From: a virus
IMG/VR virus record: IMGVR_UViG_3300033141_003184
Span: 4,936-68,935 of that record
Reading direction: 5' to 3' (one strand)
Length of the DNA stretch: 64,000 nt
A model generated the notes under the pieces. It was not told where the DNA came from. It saw only the letters and a program-made list of their open reading frames with translations, and ran no database searches. Positions 20,176-27,296 of this stretch are shown in pieces. A program made the position numbers and the translations under genes. Position 1 is the first letter of the stretch. Each line of letters begins with the position of its first letter.

Positions 20176-20216
20176 AAGGATAAGATTTTATAATCTTATC
20201 CTTATTATCCTTTTTT
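20176..20216 (+). terminator. Probable intrinsic terminator
   Basis: AAGGATAAGATT-TTAT-AATCTTATCCTT hairpin, then a T tract, after the 19782 ORF. Confidence 0.6.
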
Positions 20217-20322
20217 ATGGGGATATCTAAGATATCCCTAAAGACCCCCTATGATCCTGATCCAAATCAGGATATCAGGATTTCATGGGATACGATCTTT
20301 GATATTTTGATATGGGATAAAT

Positions 20323-20428
20323 GGGATTGATATAATATTCCGGGATTTCATCAATTTCTCCGGATTCCCGATCGGATCAGGATCAATCCGGGATAGGGGA
20401 TGAAATCCGGGAATCAAGGATCAATCCC
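20323..20428 (+). ncRNA. Long irregular hairpin upstream of an early gene (possible processing site)
   Basis: Nested pairs GGGATTGAT/ATCAATCCC, ATTCCGGGATTTCATC/GATGAAATCCGGGAAT and CCGGATT/AATCCGG. Confidence 0.55.
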
Positions 20429-20465
20429 GGAAACTTTTGTCTAACTTTATAAAAATTTATTAATC

Positions 20466-20696
20466 ATGAAAAGTCCGTTAAAAGAGGCTTTAATGAAAGC
20501 CAGGAAAGATTATGAAAAAAAGGAAATGCCCGTGGATTATTATAAAATTAAAATCCTTGAGGCTTTGGAATCAGATTATGATGATGTCTATGATGAAATA
20601 AATATCATCAGAGCACTTTCAGAAGTCACCCGGGTGTTATCGGATGAATTATTGGAAGATATGAAAATCTTGGATAAAGAAGAATATTTTGATTAA
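20466..20696 (+). CDS. Hypothetical acidic early protein
   Basis: 76 aa, D/E-rich C-terminal half; TGTCTAAC leader. Confidence 0.75.
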   Translation: MKSPLKEALMKARKDYEKKEMPVDYYKIKILEALESDYDDVYDEINIIRALSEVTRVLSDELLEDMKILDKEEYFD

Positions 20697-20715
20697 TCTT
20701 AAAAATTTATCAATT

Positions 20716-20817
20716 ATGAAAACCATGGAAAGAAAAGCAGATATGAATAGATTGTTTGGATTGGCAATGTTTGTAATTGCAGTCATATCTTTGATGATTA
20801 TGATTGCATCAATCTGA
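20716..20817 (+). CDS. Small single-TM peptide (33 aa)
   Basis: MKTMERKADMNRLFGLAMFVIAVISLMIMIASI; same leader as the 19782 ORF; followed by a terminator. Confidence 0.6.
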   Translation: MKTMERKADMNRLFGLAMFVIAVISLMIMIASI

Positions 20818-20819
20818 TT

Positions 20820-20855
20820 AATAGGGGGATCAAAAATGATCCCCCTATTTTTTTT
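20820..20855 (+). terminator. Intrinsic terminator
   Basis: AATAGGGGGATCA-AAAA-TGATCCCCCTATT followed by a T run. Confidence 0.9.
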
Positions 20856-20994
20856 ATCATTTTATATCTTTATGAAACTACAGAAATAAATCCTATCAAT
20901 TATCTTTTTTGAAACTCAGGAATGCCCAGGAAATTACGGGAAAGAAAGTTGTGAATTAAATCTTTTGAAACTCCCAAAAAAATTCAATTATTTC

Positions 20995-21026
20995 TTTGGA
21001 TTTTCCCGGATTTCTCCTGATCTTTA
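20995..21026 (+). promoter_or_regulatory. Bacteroidota-type sigma70 promoter variant
   Basis: TTTG-N20-GATCTTTA, against the consensus TTTG-N19-21-TAnnTTTG. Confidence 0.5.
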
Positions 21027-21084
21027 ATATTGGATTAAAAGATATAATAAATTTCAATGTCTAACTTTATAAAATTAATTAATC

Positions 21085-21606
21085 ATGAAAACTTTAGAAG
21101 AATTATCAAAATCAAACGCCGATGAATATCGGGAAGAAGTCGAGGGATATATGATCTCGGCGACTGAAGCTCTGGTAAAAAGAGCATTCTTATTACGACA
21201 GAATGCTATTTATCGCTCGTGTAACCCGGGAATGCCGAAAGATAAGTCTCTTGATGAGACTGATCAAATCATTCGTGGAGGAGATCAATATCTGAGGGAA
21301 TATGAAGACATTATGATGATGTCTTGGAAAGTCTCCTCTGTGAATCTAAATGGGGTAAGGGAAGTCGTAGTCGAAAATGTTCCGGACGAACTCCTGGAAC
21401 TCGGAGAAAAGGCTATAAGGGATAACCTAAAAGGAAATCCCGATAATGAGAAGAGAGAAGGGAAAGGAACAATAATTGCTCCAATTACGAATTGGGCGGA
21501 GGTGTTTGAACTGGCATTATCATCATTATCTGAAATTCTTCCTCTTCCTTATGATATATTTGAGGGAGCATTTTGGATAGAAGATGGAAAATTCTATTTT
21601 AACTAA
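21085..21606 (+). CDS. Hypothetical early protein
   Basis: 173 aa; AATGTCTAAC leader. Confidence 0.8.
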   Translation: MKTLEELSKSNADEYREEVEGYMISATEALVKRAFLLRQNAIYRSCNPGMPKDKSLDETDQIIRGGDQYLREYEDIMMMSWKVSSVNLNGVREVVVENVPDELLELGEKAIRDNLKGNPDNEKREGKGTIIAPITNWAEVFELALSSLSEILPLPYDIFEGAFWIEDGKFYFN

Positions 21607-21655
21607 ATCAATAAAATCAAGTAACCATTGTTAAACTCAAAAAACAATTACAATC

Positions 21656-21901
21656 ATGAAAGCAACAATTCACTGCATGCCAGACATGTGTAAACAAAAA
21701 GACAACGAAAAATTGGATCAGTTTGATGATCTTCTATATGCCGGGATGAGCAATGAAACACTCGAGGGAGCTGAACTGGATATAAACGAACTCCTCCATG
21801 ATGTTTATCCTCGCTCCTATTACTACACAGCAATGGAAGATGATGAACTCAATATTTTGGAAGGAGGATCGTGTAGAGTACTTATATCATTCCATAAGTA
21901 G
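21656..21901 (+). CDS. Hypothetical acidic early protein
   Basis: 81 aa, acidic; AT-rich leader ACAATCATG. Confidence 0.75.
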   Translation: MKATIHCMPDMCKQKDNEKLDQFDDLLYAGMSNETLEGAELDINELLHDVYPRSYYYTAMEDDELNILEGGSCRVLISFHK

Positions 21902-21950
21902 GTTGGTCCATGAGGAGGATTTAGGAGGGTTCGATTCCCTCCCTAACCAC
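21901..21950 (+). ncRNA. tRNA-like element (acceptor stem plus T-arm, no anticodon arm)
   Basis: GGTTGG(21901-06)/CTAACC(21943-48) stacks on GGAGGG-TTCGATT-CCCTCC, 12 bp in total; small GG-containing D-like loop. Confidence 0.6.
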
Positions 21951-21975
21951 AATGTCTAACCAAAACATTCTAATT

Positions 21976-22257
21976 ATGGTATACAAAGATCAAATATTAA
22001 CTCATCCCGCGTATCCGGGAAGGCGGTTTAAGCAGGTAAATCGGAGAACCGCCAGGAAACTCTATGATCAAGGGAGACCTGTGTTACTCCATCCGAGTAA
22101 CATGATCTTCAATAACGTTTGGCAGGCTCCATTGGAAATTTCAAATGGAGACGGAATCGACTTCGAGACTCACTTATACAATTTTGAATTCTACATGCCT
22201 TCGGAACTCGGAAGGTATGTGCATTTCTTTGTTGATGTTAACCCTAAAAGCAAATAA
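21976..22257 (+). CDS. Hypothetical early protein
   Basis: FKQVNRRTARKLYDQG...ELGRYVHFF; ATG at 21976 follows the AATGTCTAAC leader. Confidence 0.75.
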   Translation: MVYKDQILTHPAYPGRRFKQVNRRTARKLYDQGRPVLLHPSNMIFNNVWQAPLEISNGDGIDFETHLYNFEFYMPSELGRYVHFFVDVNPKSK

Positions 22258-22283
22258 TTATAAAAGAATTAAATTATAAAATC

Positions 22284-22715
22284 ATGAAAACAAAAGACTT
22301 AAAACCAGGAATGCTCGTATTTCATCGAGAATGGGATCGACGTACAAGTAATCCAATGAAGGTTATTTCCCAGAATGGGAAGATAATGCTACTCCCGATC
22401 CCGAATCCGGAAAATCTCCCACCGACTGAACCATTAGCAGGTGGAGAATCAGACGATGGTTGGGAAGAATTGAAAAGAATGGAAACAATAAAGACTCTCT
22501 CTTTTCGAATGAAAAAGCTCTCCGACAAGGAAGTGGAAGAGCTTTATAAAGTGTGGCCGGCATTGGAAACTCCTTATGCTGTAGCAGAATTCGGATCATG
22601 GGGACTCATCACAATTCCAATGGTTCCAAATGGAGCTCAGATGTATTATGTAGAGATCGACATTGAAGGAGGAGGAAGAGATGTTTGGTATGAAATTATC
22701 GACTCCGTTATTTAG
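22284..22715 (+). CDS. Hypothetical early protein
   Basis: 143 aa; N-terminal DLKPGMLV SH3-like start. Confidence 0.7.
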   Translation: MKTKDLKPGMLVFHREWDRRTSNPMKVISQNGKIMLLPIPNPENLPPTEPLAGGESDDGWEELKRMETIKTLSFRMKKLSDKEVEELYKVWPALETPYAVAEFGSWGLITIPMVPNGAQMYYVEIDIEGGGRDVWYEIIDSVI

Positions 22716-22761
22716 ATTCATTATAAATTAGGGGGTCAGGGTCAAATTTTTCTCCGATTTC

Positions 22762-22793
22762 CTTGCCATTACCAAAATGACATCATATATTTA
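22762..22793 (+). promoter_or_regulatory. Bacteroidota-type promoter upstream of the ribozyme cassette
   Basis: CTTG-N20-TATATTTA. Confidence 0.5.
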
Positions 22794-22828
22794 TAGTGAT
22801 CTTTAGATCAGGAACAAATGAGTTCATT

Positions 22829-22888
22829 GACATTCTGATGAATCCAAAAGGACGAAACCGGGATTACGGGATAACCCCGGTCAATGTC
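22829..22888 (+). ncRNA. Type I hammerhead ribozyme (HHR1)
   Basis: Stem I GACATT/AATGTC; core CTGATGA 22835-41; stem II (A)TCC-AAAA-GGA(C); GAAA 22854-57; stem III ACCGGG-a-TTA/TAA-c-CCCGGT; GUC cleavage after 22882. The stem II closing pair is A.C rather than G-C. Confidence 0.85.
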
Positions 22889-22910
22889 TAACTCAAAAAA
22901 TTTTTAAGTT

Positions 22911-23207
22911 ATGGAAACTGTGGAAACTATTCAAGCAGCTGTAGTAAACCCCAAGGAAGGGAAAACTACCAGGGAAGCTCAGGAAACTGAGAAAAAACCC
23001 CGGGTTACAAAAAAGTCCGTGGTGATTGAATTGATCTCAAAAGGTGATGGAGCTACCGTCAACCAGATTGCAAAGGAAATTGTCAGGAGAGGGATCGACG
23101 CCGATCTTGAGAAAAACAAGAGAGTAGTACGTCTCTGGCTCAGCAAGCTCGGAATGCCTGTGCAACGAGATAAAGAGACCGGAAAGTACACTCCTGTTAA
23201 GAAGTAG
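22911..23207 (+). CDS. Small DUF3489-like winged-HTH protein, paralogue 2 (ribozyme-flanked)
   Basis: TKKSVVIELISKGDGATVNQIAKEIVRRGIDADLEKNKRVVRLWLSKLG. Confidence 0.85.
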   Translation: METVETIQAAVVNPKEGKTTREAQETEKKPRVTKKSVVIELISKGDGATVNQIAKEIVRRGIDADLEKNKRVVRLWLSKLGMPVQRDKETGKYTPVKK

Positions 23208-23271
23208 ACATTCTGATGAGACCTGATTAGGTCGAAACCCGGATCACCGAGTTGACCCGGGTCAATGTCTA
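23205..23271 (+). ncRNA. Type I hammerhead ribozyme (HHR2)
   Basis: Stem I TAGACATT/AATGTCTA; CTGATGA 23213-19; stem II GACCT-GATT-AGGTC; GAAA 23234-37; stem III ACCCGG-a-TCA/TGA-c-CCGGGT; GUC cleavage after 23263. The core is fully canonical. Confidence 0.95.
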
Positions 23272-23467
23272 AGAATAAAGCATGATTATTTGTTTTGGAC
23301 TTGATATAAAAACATAAAAAACACCCCAAAATTCGCCCGTACATTTTAATCTGATGGACTTTTACGGGTGGAGTAATGGTCTATATTGGATCGGGGGTGA
23401 AAGTCGCTCAGATCAAAAGGAATTTTTTTTCATTATATTTAATGTCTAACCCAAAAAACAAATGCCT

Positions 23468-23638
23468 ATGACGAAAGAACAAGAAAATGAATTAAAAAAG
23501 CTTCAGGAAAGAATAAATTTTCTGAAGGACCTCCTCTGTGATCCTAAGAGGATCGCTGCAGGAGACTTTTCCCGAAAAGAAATACGGGAAGAAATTCACG
23601 ATTTAGAAAAGTTTATTAACTCTCGAAAAACAAAGTAA
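23468..23638 (+). CDS. Small coiled-coil protein (56 aa)
   Basis: MTKEQENELKKLQERINFLKDLL...; preceded by the AATGTCTAAC leader; below the ORF-track cutoff. Confidence 0.65.
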   Translation: MTKEQENELKKLQERINFLKDLLCDPKRIAAGDFSRKEIREEIHDLEKFINSRKTK

Positions 23639-23639
23639 A

Positions 23640-24167
23640 ATGAAACATTTAATCAAATTTAATCATTCCGCAAGTAGCTTTCATGAAGCCATCGGAGTTG
23701 ATAAAAACGTTCAATTTGAAGTTTTGGAAAAATTGAAAGAGATGGACTTAGAGAGCTCTACTAACTCGGAGGTTGTTGAAAAAGCGTTTTCCGAATTCAA
23801 ATCAAAAGAGATCAAATCCGTGAGAGAAGTGTTGATTCCCTTATTACTTGGATTGAATATGTTTAACAAACTTGGAAAGGTTGCCCTCATGGCATCACAA
23901 GCACCGGAAGACGGGAAAGAAAGAGAACCAGTGATCGAGTTTGAATTCGATCACTCAAAAAGGAACTTAAATGAAGCCGTGTGGGGAGAGAATTACGAGG
24001 AGACTCTCTTAAAAGTTGGTTCGTGGGAGAAAGGATTTTTTCTAAAGAATGATAATGGAGAATATCTTTCACCATTATCAAAAGTGGTAGAAGATATATT
24101 AAAGGTGGGAGAGAGTGACGAAACCATTTTCTCCGCCTTCATCCTGCTTGGCTCGATAGGAAAGTAA
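23640..24167 (+). CDS. Hypothetical protein, F[ND]H-repeat family member 1
   Basis: IKFNHSASSFHEAIGVDK and internal repeat FEFDHSKRNLNEAV. Confidence 0.8.
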   Translation: MKHLIKFNHSASSFHEAIGVDKNVQFEVLEKLKEMDLESSTNSEVVEKAFSEFKSKEIKSVREVLIPLLLGLNMFNKLGKVALMASQAPEDGKEREPVIEFEFDHSKRNLNEAVWGENYEETLLKVGSWEKGFFLKNDNGEYLSPLSKVVEDILKVGESDETIFSAFILLGSIGK

Positions 24168-24196
24168 AGAAAGGGGAAAATTCCCCCTTTCTTTTT
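24166..24196 (+). terminator. Probable intrinsic terminator
   Basis: AAAGAAAGGGGAA...TTCCCCCTTTCTTT then T tract. Confidence 0.6.
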
Positions 24197-24220
24197 GTTT
24201 AACCGTAATATTATAAAATC

Positions 24221-24700
24221 ATGGAAATAAAAATAACATTTGACCATGACTCTCATTCTCTTGAGAGAGCTATTTTTATAAATGACAAACCATTGGAACG
24301 TTACCTACCATCAAAAGTAGGGAAAACGAAAATAGGAGTATTACTCTCCATGGAATTGAATTCCTCTAACGGCAAGAGTGATAACGAGATTAGTGATTCT
24401 TTACTGAAAATATCACTCATACCGGAGGAAACGAGAATATCGTCAGTTCTTACCTTGGGTATGCTGAGATTCAGTGAAAATCCAAAGATAAGAAACGTAT
24501 TAGAACAGAAGTTAAGGAAGATATCCAACGACATGGTTTATCTGTACGGAGCTAACTACCAAACGAGGTGGTCAAAAATAATAGAATTAATTCTAAAAGA
24601 GGAAGATAATGGAAATGATGTTTACTCCTTGTACCTGCTTGGAGTACTGCTCGGCTTTCATCCATTTGTAATAGAAAAGACTCATTCATTTCTTAATTAA
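24221..24700 (+). CDS. Hypothetical protein, F[ND]H-repeat family member 2
   Basis: ITFDHDSHSLERAIF N-terminus; WSKIIELILK. Confidence 0.75.
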   Translation: MEIKITFDHDSHSLERAIFINDKPLERYLPSKVGKTKIGVLLSMELNSSNGKSDNEISDSLLKISLIPEETRISSVLTLGMLRFSENPKIRNVLEQKLRKISNDMVYLYGANYQTRWSKIIELILKEEDNGNDVYSLYLLGVLLGFHPFVIEKTHSFLN

Positions 24701-24725
24701 AAAAATTAAAAATTTCGAGAAAAAA

Positions 24726-24757
24726 TTTGGGTCATAAAAATGTCCTGATTATCTTTA
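24726..24757 (+). promoter_or_regulatory. Bacteroidota-type promoter
   Basis: TTTG-N20-TATCTTTA. Confidence 0.55.
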
Positions 24758-24774
24758 TAAAAAGATGAGAAACT

Positions 24775-25005
24775 ATGACAATAAAATGTGAGAACTCGGT
24801 CTATTCATTTAGATATTTTGAAAAAAGACATAACGAAGCGATAGTACCAGGAATAAAGGTAACCGGGAAGAATGAAGCCATTCTATACCGGATAAACAAA
24901 ACCTGGATTTCCTATGAGGATGATCTGTTAATTCCAGCGGATCATATTTGGAAATTTATTGATATTATTGAACAAATCTACATCTTTGATGATCAAAAGA
25001 ATTAA
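24775..25005 (+). CDS. Hypothetical protein
   Basis: 76-aa ORF after the promoter. Confidence 0.6.
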   Translation: MTIKCENSVYSFRYFEKRHNEAIVPGIKVTGKNEAILYRINKTWISYEDDLLIPADHIWKFIDIIEQIYIFDDQKN

Positions 25006-25190
25006 AACGATGAAAAAGGAACAATTTATTAAACAACTCAATAAATTTATCAGGAAAAACATAAAAAAAGACTGTCGAGCTTGTGAAGAAGAAATGGAAA
25101 AAATTGAACTTGTAACCAGAAAAAGAATTCCATTTGTTGTAACTTTCAGACCTGATTATGACAGTGGAGAAGGATGGCATATTGAGGTAG

Positions 25191-27047
25191 ATGAGGAGTA
25201 AAAATTATAAATTAAAGAAAAGGATCGCTGAAGAACAAAATATCCCACAAGTATTCTCAGCGATCCTCCTGGAAGAGTCAAGCGTGGGGTATTATTTATG
25301 GAATGGTAACAATGTAGATCGGTGGATCAGGAAAGAGTGGATAAAGAAAATATGGGATGAGAAAAAAGAAATCGAGAAACCAAAAGATCATTATATATAC
25401 CATAGAAAAAAGAAGTTGAAGAAAGTGAACAAAGCTATTTATATAGAAGGAGATTTAATAAAGCTCACATTTAAGTTTTCATTTGATCTGTTAGATAAAG
25501 TAAGATCATTACCGGGTAGAAAATACTACAGCCAGGAAAAATACTGGACTGTTCCAATATATCCAAAAACGATTCATCTTCTAAAAGAATGGGGATTTGA
25601 ACTGGACGAAAGAATAAGAGAAGTACTCGAAAACAGGAAGAGAGACAAACTAAAAATATCGAGATTCAAAGGAGAGTTATATCCATTTCAGAAAGACGGA
25701 GTAGCTTTTGTAGAAGCCAATAATGGTAAGGCTCTTATTGCTGATGACATGGGTTTGGGAAAAACAATCCAGAGTATAGCATGGATTCAGATGCATCCGG
25801 AATTGACTCCGGTACTAATCGTGTGTCCGGCATCATTAAAGCTGAATTGGAAAAAAGAAATAGAAAAATTTACCGAAGGAAGAGATATAGAAATACTATC
25901 AGGAGTATTTCCATGGGAACCGACTGGCGATACTTTGATAATAAATTACGATATATTGACTCATTGGGAAAGTACTCTCAGTAAAACAAGACCACAAGTA
26001 TTGATTGCTGATGAGTGTCATTATTTTAAGAATCCTTCAGCAAGAAGAACAAAATCAATAATGAGATTAGGCAGAAGAATCCCTCATATAATTACTCTTT
26101 CGGGGACTCCAATACTAAATCGACCCATAGAAGCTTTCAATGCTCTTAAACTGATAGCACCTGACCTATTTCCAAGTTATTGGAAATATGCTCATCGTTA
26201 CTGCGGAGCAAAACATAATGGTTTTGGTTGGGATTTCTCAGGAGCTTCCCATACTGATGAACTTCACCATTTATTGAAATCGTCGGTAATGATAAGAAGA
26301 TTAAAAACAGATGTATTAAAGGAATTACCAGAAAAGATAAGATCGTTCATTCCAATAGAGTTAAAGAATAAAAAAGAATATGAATCAGCAGAAATAGATT
26401 TTGTAAGATTTATATACCAAACCAAAGGAAGAGAAGCCGCAAAGAAGATAAGAAATACATCAGCTCTATCATCTATCGAGGGATTAAAACAATTAGCTGT
26501 AAAAGGGAAAATAGATCAGGTAATAGAGTGGATCAAAGATTTTTTACAGATCGAAGACAAACTGGTCGTATTTGCCATACACCGGCATGTCATTGATTAT
26601 TTAATGGGAGTATTTGGCGATATAGCGGTTAAAGTAGATGGATCAGTGTCAGGAAAAAAAAGACAAGAAGCCATAGATAGATTTCAAAATGACGCAAAGA
26701 TAAAATTATTTATCGGAAATATTAGAGCTGCCGGAGTAGGCATAACCCTCACAGCTTCTTCGACAGTAGTTTTTATTGAATTACCATGGACTCCGGGAGA
26801 ATTAATTCAAGCTGAAGATAGAGTTCATAGGATAGGTCAAAGAGAATCGGTAAACATATATTATCTATTAGCCGTAGGAACAATAGAAGAGAGAATAGCA
26901 GGTATTATAGACAACAAAAGGAAAGTATTAGATCAGGTATTAGATGGGAAGGAACCAGAAAGAGATTCGCTTTTAAGAGAGTTATTAGATCAATATAAAA
27001 AAGAATTTAAGCAGGATTTCGAAGAAGAATATGATGTTCAACCATAA
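25191..27047 (+). CDS. SNF2-family helicase (SMARCAL1/HARP-like)
   Basis: LIADDMGLGKT, DECH, LSGTPILNRP and QAEDRVHRIGQ motifs; HARP-like N-domain. Confidence 0.95.
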   Translation: MRSKNYKLKKRIAEEQNIPQVFSAILLEESSVGYYLWNGNNVDRWIRKEWIKKIWDEKKEIEKPKDHYIYHRKKKLKKVNKAIYIEGDLIKLTFKFSFDLLDKVRSLPGRKYYSQEKYWTVPIYPKTIHLLKEWGFELDERIREVLENRKRDKLKISRFKGELYPFQKDGVAFVEANNGKALIADDMGLGKTIQSIAWIQMHPELTPVLIVCPASLKLNWKKEIEKFTEGRDIEILSGVFPWEPTGDTLIINYDILTHWESTLSKTRPQVLIADECHYFKNPSARRTKSIMRLGRRIPHIITLSGTPILNRPIEAFNALKLIAPDLFPSYWKYAHRYCGAKHNGFGWDFSGASHTDELHHLLKSSVMIRRLKTDVLKELPEKIRSFIPIELKNKKEYESAEIDFVRFIYQTKGREAAKKIRNTSALSSIEGLKQLAVKGKIDQVIEWIKDFLQIEDKLVVFAIHRHVIDYLMGVFGDIAVKVDGSVSGKKRQEAIDRFQNDAKIKLFIGNIRAAGVGITLTASSTVVFIELPWTPGELIQAEDRVHRIGQRESVNIYYLLAVGTIEERIAGIIDNKRKVLDQVLDGKEPERDSLLRELLDQYKKEFKQDFEEEYDVQP

Positions 27048-27059
27048 ATACTTAAAACT

Positions 27060-27275
27060 ATGAAAACAACAATCAACAAAAAAGTTTCGATGACCCTCGT
27101 AGGTCTGGATGGTAATGCTTTTTCCTTAATGGCAACATTCCGCAAGAATGCTCTTAAACAAGGGTGGAGTGAAGAAGAAGTAAACACAGTCCTTAATGAA
27201 TGCATGTCCGGTGATTATGATCACTTACTACAAACTCTAATTGCTTATACTACTGAAGACGAGAATGAAGAATAA
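27060..27275 (+). CDS. Conserved small hypothetical protein
   Basis: LVGLDGNAFSLM...SGDYDHLLQT motif familiar from phage proteins. Confidence 0.8.
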   Translation: MKTTINKKVSMTLVGLDGNAFSLMATFRKNALKQGWSEEEVNTVLNECMSGDYDHLLQTLIAYTTEDENEE

Positions 27276-27296
27276 ATCACTTAAAATCCTACAATC

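Larger units (their letters stand above)
19349..20430. other. GAT/ATC-restricted DNA segment
   Basis: Almost every G is in G(n)AT and every C in ATC(n), with no GC dinucleotide. By eye there are only two violations between ~19585 and 20240. Confidence 0.92.

Noticed and set aside
19349-20430. GAT-rich segment as a sequencing artefact or simple satellite
   Set aside because: It is not periodic and contains an intact ORF homologous to two other genes, with a normal leader and terminator. Read support should still be checked.
21052-21065. Trans-cleavage of other AAUGUCUA leaders by the hammerheads
   Set aside because: UUC-AAUGUCUA fits stem I, but the upstream sequence cannot form stem III with either ribozyme.
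21901-21950. Functional tRNA gene
   Set aside because: Only ~50 nt with no anticodon arm; kept as a tRNA-like element.
22883-23263. Rolling-circle (endless) translation, since 381 nt is a multiple of 3
   Set aside because: The ORF ends in TAG and a second in-frame stop follows (TAG ACA TTC TGA).
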